From Octopus bimaculoides (taxonomy: Eukaryota), in contig NC_068982.1 in assembly GCF_001194135.2 (NCBI RefSeq), positions 99,612,339-99,657,929 on the forward strand: DNA of 45,591 nucleotides, read 5' to 3'. Shown here piece by piece: positions 33,891 to 45,591 of this stretch. Every line of letters starts with the position of its first letter. The first letter of the stretch is position 1. The notes beneath the pieces were generated by a model. It did not search any database and had not been told where the DNA came from. It worked only from the letters and a program-made list of their open reading frames with translations. A program made the translations under genes and the position numbers.

Positions 33891-35900
33891 TTAATTCATG
33901 AACTCCAGTCGTCTTGGTTTGGTGGCGAACTCGTATAATATCCTGCCATGCAGTGCCTTGTCCAAGTCGTTCAAAATGCTTTTCTGGATGGAAATACGAG
34001 CCAGTGAAGACAGCTGTTCTTGGGCCATTGTGCTTCTCAGATAGGAGCGGATTCTATCCAACGTTGAGAAACTTCTCTCATTAGCGACTGATGATAAGGG
34101 GATGGTGAGCACGAGCTTAATTAGGTTAATACATTCCGGCTTAGTAGAAGTCAACTCCAATTTAGGCAGTAATTCTAAAAAGGAGTTGATTGACTTGCAC
34201 TTTTGGAAATCACTGTCAATGTACATATATTTTAGTTCATTCGCTAAATTCTTACAGTCGAAAATACAGGGATTCTTGTTTTCTAGAGAGTCCATATGTT
34301 GCATGGGAAATGTGTTAACAAACTCTTCAAACTTATTAACGTCTAGTAATTCAAAAAATGTATACTCTTGAATACCAGAAAATCTCTCTTGCACTTCTGA
34401 TTCTTTTTCTAGGAGGAAGATCGAACTTATCTGCCTGTTCAATGACAGCAACTGTATCGCGCAGAATGTTTTCATAACGTTCGTCCTTACGATAACCTTC
34501 ATTCACAATGAATGAAGACATACAGTTTACTCTGACCATGCTTTATGTCGAGTAGCTTACACTGTAGGATATCAAAGACTTTTCCAGCCTGAGAAAGTGT
34601 GTTATGAAAGCAATTGATGAAAAACATGAATGTGAAATCATTCAACTTTGCCAATAGATTGTCTGCTTGACAAAGTGTATCTTCATCCTACTTTTCACTA
34701 GAGCCTAGAATACTTGTGAAGGCATTTTTCAAGTTTTCATGCAATAGTTTTATGGATGACGCAGTTCTTGATCTATTGCACCATCTTGTCTCGCACAGTG
34801 ATGGAATACTGACATGAAACTGCCTGAAAACGTTTTTCCACTTGGTACTGGAAGACATTAATTTACTAAATGCACGTAAATGAGAAAAAAAAACATTTTT
34901 ACTCTACTCACCTTCTCGGCACTTTTACTCAAGATTAAGTTAAGTTTATGCGAGTGTTTAAATCTTTCATCCCTTAGCTTACTCTGTACTCCGTTTAGCG
35001 TTCCAGCCATTTCGGCTGTTCCGTCGTAAGTCTGGCTCACAAATTTATCTGCAGCGTCACTGAAGGAGTTCAATGCAGTTGCGATCACATCAGCCAGTCT
35101 TGTAGCGCTTTTATCATCACTGACTTCATAGAATCCAAGAAATCATTCACATGTTTTGTTTTCATATGCATGTCTTATTGTGATCAACAATTGGGCATGC
35201 ATTGCACAGTCTGTAATTTCGTCGGCTTGTACAGACATAAACGGAGCTTTATAAACTTCGCTTCTAATTTCATCAGAGATGATATTTCCAATCGCTTGTA
35301 TTAGATCATTTTGTATTGTGCTTGAGAATCCTGAAAACTGTTTCGACCTCTCTTTAGTAGAAAGTCTAGAAGTAAACACGCGGTCGATTTCAGCCAAGCA
35401 CTAGAATAGTTCACGGTAATTTCCTCTATTAAGGCTGTCACTTCCTTCATCGTGTCCACGTAAAGGCAACTCTTGTTTACACAGGTATAACACAGCATTT
35501 GTTGACTTCTTTAAACATTGTCGATTTTCTTCAGCTGCTTTGTTATGCCGTTCTTTTTCCAGTTTAGCAGACTCACTAATAGCTGTCACAATATCGGACA
35601 ATCCGAAAGTTTTCAAGCTTTTATAACTACTTAAATGACTCACTGATTTACTGTGATTTTTACAGTCACTCAGGATGTTTGTATAATTATTATAGCCTCC
35701 ATCTGTTTATGACTGATTAGCCTTTCGTTGAAACAACAAACATGGCCAGTAGTAGAGTTTCTCTGTGACGCTGCTTGCACAAACCTAATCAATCTGTTCA
35801 TACCATTTTATGTGGAATGTTCGAGTTTTTAGTGAAGGAGTCGACGTGCCTGCTCGAAGAATTTCTCGTTTTTCTGCAATATTTCTAACTCTAAATGGCT
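33891..35900 (-). mobile_element. hAT transposase pseudogene (ZMYM1/DUF4371-like plus hAT dimerisation domain)
   Basis: LYLCKQELPLRGHDE...NRGNYREL; STIQNDLI...SVQADEITD; QTYDGTAEMAG; HKLNLIL; LVLTIPLSSVANERSFSTLDRIRSYLRSTM. Many stops and frameshifts; termini not identified. Confidence 0.92.
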
Positions 35901-36487
35901 TTTTTTTTTTTTACATATATAGCACTCTGTTTCCCTCCATTTCTAAGTTAAGGGTAAAAATATAACAACCCTGCAAAACACAACATCAGAGTCTAAGTTC
36001 GAATCATTTGATCACTACTGTCTTGTATACTGAAAATCTCTGTATCTCATCTGTTGACTGTATATATATATATACATATATATATTTATTTATAAATATA
36101 TATATATATATANNNNNNNNNNNNNNNNNNNNNNNNNNNNNNNNNNNNNNNNNNNNNNNNNNNNNNNNNNNNNNNNNNNNNNNNNNNNNNNNNNNNNNNN
36201 NNNNNNNNNNNNNNNNNNNNNNNNNNNNNNNNNNNNNNNNNNNNNNNNNNNNNNNNNNNNNNNNNNNNNNNNNNNNNNNNNNNNNNNNNNNNNNNNNNNN
36301 NNNNNNNNNNNNNNNNNNNNNNNNNNNNNNNNNNNNNNNNNNNNNNNNNNNNNNNNNNNNNNNNNNNNNNNNNNNNNNNNNNNNNNNNNNNNNNNNNNNN
36401 NNNNNNNNNNNNNNNNNNNNNNNNNNNNNNNNNNNNNNNNNNNNNNNNNNNNNNNNNNNNNNNNNNNNNNNNNNNNNNNNNNNNNNN

Positions 36488-36488
<1 letters not shown>

Positions 36489-36521
<33 letters not shown>

Positions 36522-36523
36522 CC

Positions 36524-36555
<32 letters not shown>

Positions 36556-36556
36556 C
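36489..36556. repeat. (CT)n microsatellite
   Basis: Direct reading. Confidence 0.9.
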
Positions 36557-36779
36557 GATTTGACTACCTTTGCACTATAACATTTTTTCTCTGGTACCTA
36601 TCATAACGCAGTTATCAGTTTAAATTTCTCTTATTTGGTGGAGTTTTTAGTAAAGCTTAAGTATACTAAATTGTCTTCTAAAACAACAGTGATATCACTA
36701 TTTAAAGACGATAAAAGGTATTACACCACCTCGAATTCGAAATCTTTTTGCCTCATACGTTTTTCTAATGCACCTCTTT

Positions 36780-37575
36780 TGACGAGGTTTACAAAATTAG
36801 ATTTTATTCACTGAGATATTTTGTATAAAACAAGAATAATACAGAAACAAGGGAAATACACCACTTAAAAATAGCATCAATACGTTACTGTCTTACTTTT
36901 GGAACACATTTCATCGTAACTTTTGAGAAAAGTAATGTTCCTTTGATTTTAAAAGTTCCCATTAAATTACTGCTTGAGACTGAAGGCTTAAACCATATTT
37001 TCCGGTTGGCTTTTGCAGATGATTTGAAACAGTAAAAGCTTGCCCAACACTAGCGGAAATAAAAAACAGGATTACATTGCAAGACTACTAGCTGTTTCAC
37101 CTTCTCGTTAATAAAGAGGTGTGGGACAAATGTTATCTATTTCGGTGCAGGTTGGTTGGGTAGGGGTGGAAACAACTGTGTTGATTCCATACTTTTGTGG
37201 GAGGGATGTCATTAGTTCAAATTCCAAGTGGGTGGATGAGTTAAAAACTGAAAATTTGGGAAATGTTATTTTCAAGTGACCACATTGAAGATTCTTTCAT
37301 TTCGACTGCTTATTCAAGCATCAAACACATGCGCGGCATGGGATGAGGCGTTAATTTAAAAACAAAAACTGAGATCTTGAAAACAAAATTTATTTCGTAG
37401 ATTTAGCAGTTATTTCAAGCATATCGAACGACTCTATGAGACTTTCCTTGATTCACTTGATGGCTTGACCAACATCATATATGAGGAAATAAGCAGTCGA
37501 GATTTAAACTGATATGTTTGTATGGGACCAATTGCGTACACAGAAAGCCGGAAATGAGAGAAAAGGACTTTAAAT
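36780..37575 (+). repeat. Unclassified dispersed repeat, copy 2 (36780-36925 also matches 39510-39662)
   Basis: Shared blocks cactgagat..ttttgtataaa, cacttaaaaat, tcttacttttggaacacattt. Confidence 0.8.
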
Positions 37576-37804
37576 ACTCTCTTTACTCTTTTACTTGTTT
37601 CAGTCATTTGACTGCTGCCATGCTGGAGCACCACCTTTAGTCGAGCAAATCGATCCCAGGACTTATTCTTTGTAAGCCTAGTACTTATTCAATCGGGTCT
37701 TTTGCCGAACCGCTAAGTTACGGGGACGTAAACACACCAGCATAGGTTGTCAAGCGATGTTGGAGGGACAAACACAGACACACAAACATACACACACACA
37801 TATA
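37576..37804 (-). mobile_element. SINE family B 3' part running into microsatellite and gap
   Basis: tactcttttacttgtttcagtc...ccgctaagttacggggacgtaaacacacc...ttgtcaagcg. Confidence 0.85.
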
Positions 37805-38624
37805 NNNNNNNNNNNNNNNNNNNNNNNNNNNNNNNNNNNNNNNNNNNNNNNNNNNNNNNNNNNNNNNNNNNNNNNNNNNNNNNNNNNNNNNNNNNNNNNN
37901 NNNNNNNNNNNNNNNNNNNNNNNNNNNNNNNNNNNNNNNNNNNNNNNNNNNNNNNNNNNNNNNNNNNNNNNNNNNNNNNNNNNNNNNNNNNNNNNNNNNN
38001 NNNNNNNNNNNNNNNNNNNNNNNNNNNNNNNNNNNNNNNNNNNNNNNNNNNNNNNNNNNNNNNNNNNNNNNNNNNNNNNNNNNNNNNNNNNNNNNNNNNN
38101 NNNNNNNNNNNNNNNNNNNNNNNNNNNNNNNNNNNNNNNNNNNNNNNNNNNNNNNNNNNNNNNNNNNNNNNNNNNNNNNNNNNNNNNNNNNNNNNNNNNN
38201 NNNNNNNNNNNNNNNNNNNNNNNNNNNNNNNNNNNNNNNNNNNNNNNNNNNNNNNNNNNNNNNNNNNNNNNNNNNNNNNNNNNNNNNNNNNNNNNNNNNN
38301 NNNNNNNNNNNNNNNNNNNNNNNNNNNNNNNNNNNNNNNNNNNNNNNNNNNNNNNNNNNNNNNNNNNNNNNNNNNNNNNNNNNNNNNNNNNNNNNNNNNN
38401 NNNNNNNNNNNNNNNNNNNNNNNNNNNNNNNNNNNNNNNNNNNNNNNNNNNNNNNNNNNNNNNNNNNNNNNNNNNNNNNNNNNNNNNNNNNNNNNNNNNN
38501 NNNNNNNNNNNNNNNNNNNNNNNNNNNNNNNNNNNNNNNNNNNNNNNNNNNNNNNNNNNNNNNNNNNNNNNNNNNNNNNNNNNNNNNNNNNNNNNNNNNN
38601 NNNNNNNNNNNNNNNNNNNNNNNN

Positions 38625-38682
<58 letters not shown>

Positions 38683-39822
38683 TGTGCATGAATACAGTTT
38701 ATGGTCCCAGTGATAACCTGAAATTTAACTACTTTTTTCATTACAAGTGTTTCCCAACTGTACCACATTTGACGCAGTTTTCGGTATTAGACTTATTGCG
38801 TGTTACTAAAGTAATAGTAGTCGTCACCAATGTGACGTGGATTCGGTTGTAACGTGGTGTGTGTAGTGACTAATTTAGAGTGAGTGTTCTATGATTTAAT
38901 GTACGATGAGTATACATGAGAGAATCTATTTCAATGTTCTTTTTAAAAAACGTGAATAAAGAATGTTTAGAAACATTGTAAACTTTATTTAAATAAAACA
39001 AGTGCTGGCAAGTAGTAACTATGATTAATCTGCATGTGTATGCGAACCAAATACACGTGTATGCGAGACAGGAAAATCTCATGACTTACTTCGCACACAG
39101 AAGAATTATGTGGAAGCCGTTTTAAACTAATAAAAATAAGAATGTACCGCTCATTTTGAAGCAAAGTTGTAGCTGATACCATTCAAGTGAGTTGCACGCA
39201 GTTGGTGGTGGACACTAAAATTGTGGCATGTCGAAGGAAGAGATGTTTCTCGGCAGTCTTTTCAGCAACTGGTTTGAAACTGCCGCTTCTCTGCTGTAGC
39301 GAGTTCTCTCTAGCTAAGGCAAATCATTGTCATTTTATTCATATGCCTCCAGCTCTGATTGGCTGGAATCTGCCACAGCACAACTGAACCATGCCATGGC
39401 GACGTAATAGATCATTCATGCCTCACTATAGACTCCATTCTGAGTTTTCTGGAAAGTTTAATTAAACTAATTGTGTTTTTGTAAAATTATAAAGATGCAA
39501 TTGCTTAAATATGACAAAATTTGCAGAATTAGGTTTTTCTCACTGAGATCTTTTGTATAAATGTAACTAAAGCAAAAACAATAAGAAATAAGGAAACCAC
39601 ATCACTTAAAAATTGCTTCAAAACTTTCTTTCTTACTTTTGGAACACATTTTATCGTAAGTTTATTTTTATCTCAAAATGTAGTGAAGTAGTGGGCCTTT
39701 TCAATAGACTATACTGTATTAAGTTTGATCGATAATTGGATTAGCTGATAGAGTGTACAAGTATTCGCGAAATAAATGTTGGGCCTTAAGAATATTTTTC
39801 ACCTACCGCTGTTGGTGAATTT

Positions 39823-39882
<60 letters not shown>

Positions 39883-39883
<1 letters not shown>

Positions 39884-41499
39884 TAGCAGAGATACACGGC
39901 ATTGCTCGGTATTAAAATGACATAGTTAGCATATATATTACAGTTATGTTGAAACATGTGATATGGAAAGTGCAGCATTGACGACAAAACATTTATGGGG
40001 TAAATGGGGAAACCCTAATTCGACTAAATGACATGTCATGCGTCCGTTTGGAGTATTCCAGGCCCTAACCTGTCATGGAAAATTGGGGGTGGGGTGTATG
40101 TGATTTTGGAACTCACTGAAAGGCTGTCAGTGGATATACTCTCCTCTGCGGCGGTCGGCTCTGAATCTAATAGGACCCATTGTATGGTTGATAGTCGAAT
40201 GAATGTAGGTGTAATGGAGATATTGTACGTAAATGGGTACACTCCGGAAAGGGGCTGCAATGGGAGACGGCAACGGAGAAGTGAACTGTTGAAATGTTGC
40301 AGAAAGCGAAGGTTTGACATTGGATTGCTGGTGTGGCTGTAGAATAAGAAACATGAACTGAGCCTATGCAGTCACATGAGAATATGTAGTAATGAATTAC
40401 TTGAAAAAATAAGGAGTAATGACTTACCACGTGGTTGGTGGGAGTAATTGGAGAATATGCTTTGATATTGAAGTCCATGCAGAAAACTGCTTTGTTGGTG
40501 CCGTCTTTGGGTTTGTTGGTATTATGCCGAAATGGTATCCATCTTCACCATTCACAAAGAGCAGTGGATACTGGAGCGCATCGTAGGATGTAGTATTTCC
40601 TACAAAACTTCTTGGTAAACAATATTCTTTGTTTTCCCTTGTAGAACAAATGCAAATAGATATTTTTTTGCTTCCCATTCTAGAGCAGCACTCGTGAGAA
40701 GCATAACTCTTCCAAGTGAAGTTCTACTGCAGACAGTGGTATAATATAATAGACATTGCGAAGAATTGATACAATTAGGAAATTACACTCTTCTAAATGT
40801 ATAAGGAGTTTCTGCTCCCATTGGAATGAGAGGAATTCTAAGTGTGAAAACATCTCTCCTTTTCCACATTCTGAGAGTAACTTGTAGCATCATCTTCTTT
40901 ACCACTAGGCGTGCCCCATTACAGAGTGTTGGTGGATCCAAACTCCTCAATAACATTACTGGAGTTCCCACATAGAGTTCCAATCTATGGGGAGGTAGTC
41001 CTAGGGGATCCAATGAATTGAGAAATTCTGTTGGATAATTTACCACATCTTCTGTATCTGGGATTGTATCAACTGACTTATAGATGTGAGGACTTCCAGG
41101 AAGGTACTGCAGCAGCTGTTCATTAATTTTACTTACCGTGCTGCTTTTTGGAGCCAATTGAGATTGTGATAATTTTTTGACCAATAGATGAAAGGGAGAC
41201 AATCAATTTCTGAAAGTTACTTCGCAGAGAGTTACCTCCCTTCTCCACGAAACCCAGAAACGGATGTTTTCTGCTCCCAGGGTGCCCGTTACTCATTATG
41301 CGAAAAATTTTAGGAGTCTAAAACCATGTGCGAAACATAAGTAATGTATGTTTCCAGTTTGGAGAAAATCAGTTGAAAAATACGGCTGTTATAATCGTTT
41401 ACACATATACACAGACAGAACGGGATTTATATTATATTATATTATATTATATTATATTATATTATATTATATCATATTATATAATAAGGAGAAAAGAGA
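39883..41499 (-). mobile_element. Non-autonomous Helitron carrying helicase and Rep-region fragments
   Basis: 3' CTAG|T at 39886-39882 in (TA)n with a degenerate subterminal hairpin; inferred 5' A|TC at 41500-41498; PIF1-type LAPK...YPTEFLNSL.P.GLPPH.L...LCNGARLVV and C-terminus GKTKNIVYQEVL* (stop 40600-40602); SYDALQYPLLF..GEDGYH. Confidence 0.8.
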
Positions 41500-42324
41500 T
41501 TTATATATCCACTTTTATTCTGCTGTCAATCACGTTTTTTCCATTTCTGCACCTACATACGTTTCTGCTATAATTTCGTGCACCTACATACGTTTCTGCT
41601 ACAATTTCGTGCACACTGTAATATTTTGCTTCTTGATGTGCATTTTTGGTGTTATTTGCTGCTTCTTCAGGGCGTTAACAGCGTTTCAGATCACATCTGA
41701 ATTAAATACAAGTTCAACCAAAAAATTTCATGCACATGGTGTTTGTATTCTAAAAAATAGCCAAAATTCTGACCTTTTGAACCCTGATGGTTAGAAAAAC
41801 AAGTAACTAGCTGTCAAAGAATGGGTCAGTAGTCAGCAAATGCATTTTTTCTTGGTATAGTGAATTGTAGTATAATTAGTAACAGGTTACTTAGTGTATG
41901 TTTATGTTATTGTCACTATTATTATCATCCCTATCACTACTACTATCACTGCTACTCTTATTATTATTACAATAATAATAATAATAATAAGAGTAGTCCA
42001 ACAGTTGTTTCTGAGGCCTCAGAGATCCAACATAATGTTGATAAATGTAGTTCATGATAACATACACGCTGTAATAGAAGTAGATAGACACTGATTAAAT
42101 CGGATCTCCGTCAAGAGAGTAGAAAAAATCCTTACATTTCAGATCATGAGGCAAAGAAGTGTAAAAAAATATGATTACGACTATTTTGTGACGTCATAAG
42201 TAGGGTTTCGCTAACTAGCTTCTCCTTACTTCTCCAGCAGTTTCTGTAATGGAGTTTAATATCTTAAAAATATATCTTTCTTTGGTATGATGTTCATTTA
42301 TGGAATATTCAAAATTAAGAGAGC

Positions 42325-42452
42325 GTGGCCTAGAGGTTAGGATGCTGTATACACAACTGCGAAAAGGTGGGTCTGGTTCTCGGGTCGGACGGTGCGTTGA
42401 GTTCTTGAGTAAAAACATTTCATCTCACGTGACTCTGTAATTAATTGCACAT
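42325..42452 (+). mobile_element. Degenerate tRNA-derived SINE (family C)
   Basis: gcgtggcctagaggttagg A-box-like head, then gcgttgagttcttgagtaaaaaca CORE-like segment. Confidence 0.5.
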
Positions 42453-43738
42453 CTAACGTGAGGCACACTGTGCGCCTGTGCAGGAAATGTCGATCTGATA
42501 GAAGGAATGGGCACATGCTCGAACTGTTTCCGCCAAGAACTCGAAAGAGTTTCGTGTAACGGTATCGTTCGCAACAGAGTGGTGAACCAAGCAGATTTCT
42601 CCGGACGTGAAAGTGACGTTGCAGTTTTTCCCACACTGACGGTTGACAACTCGGCGAATAGGAACGCCTCGAGGAGCTCGTCCAAAAGACCGCCTGGTCC
42701 AAATGTTGTACCCACATTCATCAATGAATAGGCAATGGCCGACAACTCCTTCTTCCATGAACCAGTGCACGTATTCATAACGCTTTTCTAGAGTTCTTGG
42801 AGCATTTCTCGCATCTGAGACGTTTTCGGGCAACTTCATAGTTTTCAATATTCCATCTAAAGCCCGTGAGATTACAGACGCGGAAACAGGCGACTTTCCG
42901 AGCAATGCTGCCTCTGAGTCCCTCTTCAGCTGTTGAAGGGTCGCGAGTGGGTTGGCATTAATAATTACTTGAAGCCTGGCTCGCATTTCCTCATCAACTT
43001 TAACGTGATGGACACCTCCTCTGGACAACTTGTGGCACCTCCCAGACCGTAGGTTGGTCGCTACTATGGAACGAGTAGTACTCCTTTTAATGCCAAGTAT
43101 GTCTGCCAGTTTCAGATAATCGGTTTGATACCCATCGACGGCGTCAACCATTCTTGCTCTATCTTCGTCTGATATACGCATCTACCTTACACGTGGATCA
43201 ATGATTACAAGTTGGTGTAAGAGTAAGGGATATAAAATACAACAGATACCGACCGGTTACGAATGTTGCACTGAAAAAGATTTTCGTGGACAGAAGAATC
43301 ACGTAATTTATTTCTTCCTTGTGGATAAAACAACATAATAAAATTTGCAAGACAAAATATGTCATTTAAATTGGTCATTTTTAACAGTCACTTCTTAGAA
43401 TGTGAGTAAAAACACACATGTAAAATTAGTGCTAAATTGAATAAACTTATTCTGAACTCAAATGCTCACGTGCGAATTTGAACGCCCGAAAAGGCTCTTC
43501 CTCACATTCCAAACCTAATTTGAATTCTCTCGGCGGGCATTTTAATTTGAATGATCTAAATGCTAAATTCTTTGACCGAAGTGCGAAATTGAATGATCGA
43601 GAAACGAATTTGAATGACTAATGACTAACTTCATGGCGCTAATTGTTTTCGCGACTTTGAATAACCCAATTACCAAATTGGATGACAAACGTACGAAAAT
43701 GACAGCGAAAACCTAAATTAATTGTTAGGCGAATTGTA
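42453..43738 (-). mobile_element. IS630-like Tc1/mariner-superfamily transposon, 3'-truncated (transposase ORF 43181-42453)
   Basis: Bipartite HTH (LADILGIKRSTTRSIV; NPLATLQQL...VSASVISRAL), first catalytic Asp in FIDECGYNIWTRRSFGRAPRG; the later catalytic residues are absent; candidate end TA|CAATTCGCC at 43738-43736. Confidence 0.82.
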
Positions 43739-43754
43739 GAACCTTTTGTTATTC

Positions 43755-44100
43755 GTGGATTCCTCAAAGGATTTGACTCAATTCGCAGAGGTAAAATGCA
43801 GCGTATTCTACAATCCCATGAAATCCTTCAACGAAGAGTAGATGCAATAATGATGTGCTACATAAATACTTGAGCTAAGATACCTTCATCTAACAGACAC
43901 AAAATTTTTCTACATTCTTGCTAGCGTTTTACAAGGAGATACCCTTGCGCTTTTCTTATTCTTACTTCTTACTGGAATAAAGTCTACGAGTTCTAGATAT
44001 TCGGTTTCAATAATAGAAGATACAGGTTACGCTGATCATTTTGCCCTAACACGTTGTACGATTGCAGGAGCTAGTTTGGTAGATATCGCGGGTTGAGAGA
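43755..44100 (+). mobile_element. Old non-LTR RT fragment (RTE-related type)
   Basis: With frameshifts: D.SK.FDSIRRGKMQRIL, ILASVLQGDTLALFLF, GYADHFALT. Confidence 0.7.
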
Positions 44101-44639
44101 GGACCATTGGTCTTTTAGACGGCTCGAATAGCCCTAATCGATAGAAGGCAATTGCCAAAGTTACCTAAGATACATTGGAATTATTCATCTTAACAAGTGT
44201 CTATTTTGTCCAACAAAATTACTGAGCTTTCTGAGCTATTTCCAGCCATATTAGAAAATCAAGAGGATTGGAGTGTTCCTGAATTAGCATAGGCAAAGGA
44301 ATTCTCTGCAATCCAAAAAGATTTTCAGTTTAAATTATTCTGTGTTTTTTGAAACCATATTGAGTGGTTCAAAGATTCTGTTTTCGAATTTTCGAGAAGT
44401 ATTCGTGAGGTTAAGAACTTCAAAAAAAGAAAATAGTTAATATTGTTGCAGTTGGTGTATTTGTTCTTTTAATCGTAGCATGAGATAATGCTGACTGCAT
44501 ATATTACAAACAGAAGCAAAACTTGTGAACATTTAACATGAGAATTATTTAAAAGAATGTTTAATATGAATATATACATAAATTACCAAATCTTCAATGG
44601 TGGAGAGATTAGGATATAGGGATTGACTTAACTGTAATT

Positions 44640-45400
44640 GTTCAGCCATTAAATTATGAAGATGCGAGATTGCCGAATCTTGTTGAAGCTTTGTCCTTGA
44701 TTTGTTTGATGAGAGCTGAGTTGCGCTCTTTTCGAAAGATATGAGAGTTCTGGTTAATTTAGTGCTAAACTGCTTAACTGGAGAAAAGGGTGCGAATCTC
44801 AAGGAAACTTTGAGATGATGTTCTAACTGGTAGTTTGATCTTGTGCAAATTGATTGGTCGATAAATAGAGTATTCGCGTTAAGATCGCATGCCTCAATTG
44901 TGGGTCACTCATGAGAGTGGTCTGATAATTTGTTGAAAAAGGTTCAAATCCTATGGCTCACAACTTATATCAAGAGCAACAAGTTTGAAGAATTTTACTG
45001 CCGTGTCCTGGATGGTAACACTGAACCACCAGAGAAGCGTGTTCGACATCAAGAACCAGTTGTTTGAAGAACTTTCAGCATGAAGTTATTGCTCACGTTG
45101 ATCAAGGATTTAATACATTGTTGTTTTAAATCTTTGGGGATTTGTTGAATTGTTGTATCCGAAGCTTATGTTGTATCACGCTTATGTAAACATTTCGAAG
45201 GAAGTATTTTCATTTTGGGATGTCTATAAAACCATATTGGATTTTCCAAAAAGTCGCAAACATAAAACGGGTGCGTGAACTAAATCAAACTTTGACTGAA
45301 AAAACAAAATTACTACGTCTGATTGTGACCATACCTTCCACATCCGCTCCCTGTGAGAAATCACTTTCTTCATTAAAGCAAGTAAATAATTATAAGAGTA
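44640..45400 (+). mobile_element. Highly degenerate hAT relic
   Basis: LRLIVTIPSTSAPCEKSLSSLKQVNNY (~45313-45395), a dimerisation-domain motif; VNLVLNCL near 44753. Confidence 0.5.
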
Positions 45401-45591
45401 TTATCAATTATATGAGTATTATCATAGTAGATTATCTCGGTGGGAGCTATGAAAAAATACAAAGCCCAGCAACACCACCGGATCATTTTACATATCTGTG
45501 TAATTTTCCGCGCAATTCCACCCAGCCGTTTGACCGTGAATCCCAAGACAAGAAAGAATCACCCATGTCAAATTTATGTATTTATATATAT

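Noticed and set aside
32388-37575. LTR retrotransposon bounded by the direct repeats
   Set aside because: No TG…CA ends, PBS, PPT or gag-pol; the interior is hAT and PLE-like.
13019-38768. Long ORFs of 150-350 aa in the track, composed mostly of X
   Set aside because: They are read-through of N gaps, not coding evidence.
40028-40478. Several overlapping ~100-aa ORFs inside the Helitron as a captured gene
   Set aside because: No recognisable domain in any frame; cannot be distinguished from decayed Helitron sequence without a search.

Overview
AT-rich, microsatellite-dense eukaryotic (animal) DNA with 11 N-gaps. The SINE and LINE repertoire looks like an Octopus/cephalopod assembly (recognition from memory, not a search). 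No prokaryotic system or CRISPR array is present, and most ORFs in the track are gap- or microsatellite-derived artefacts. The window holds one intact tRNA-Ser(AGA) and is otherwise mostly decayed transposable elements: about 8 fragments of R4/Dong-type (restriction-like endonuclease) LINEs, a CR1-type LINE with a CCCH-finger ORF1, other RT relics, two Tc1/mariner-superfamily remnants, two hAT relics, a non-autonomous Helitron, a Penelope-like terminal repeat and several tRNA-derived SINE families. The most notable structure is a ~10 kb co-oriented pile-up of at least 3 distinct R4 lineages at (TAA)n tracts (20.8-30.5 kb), with a fourth lineage elsewhere in the window. It lies inside a candidate host-gene intron whose acceptor uses the TTA tract itself. 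SINE (ATT)n tails appear to supply landing pads, and a ~550 bp non-coding element found at TAA tracts in 3 copies is a candidate non-autonomous R4 parasite.
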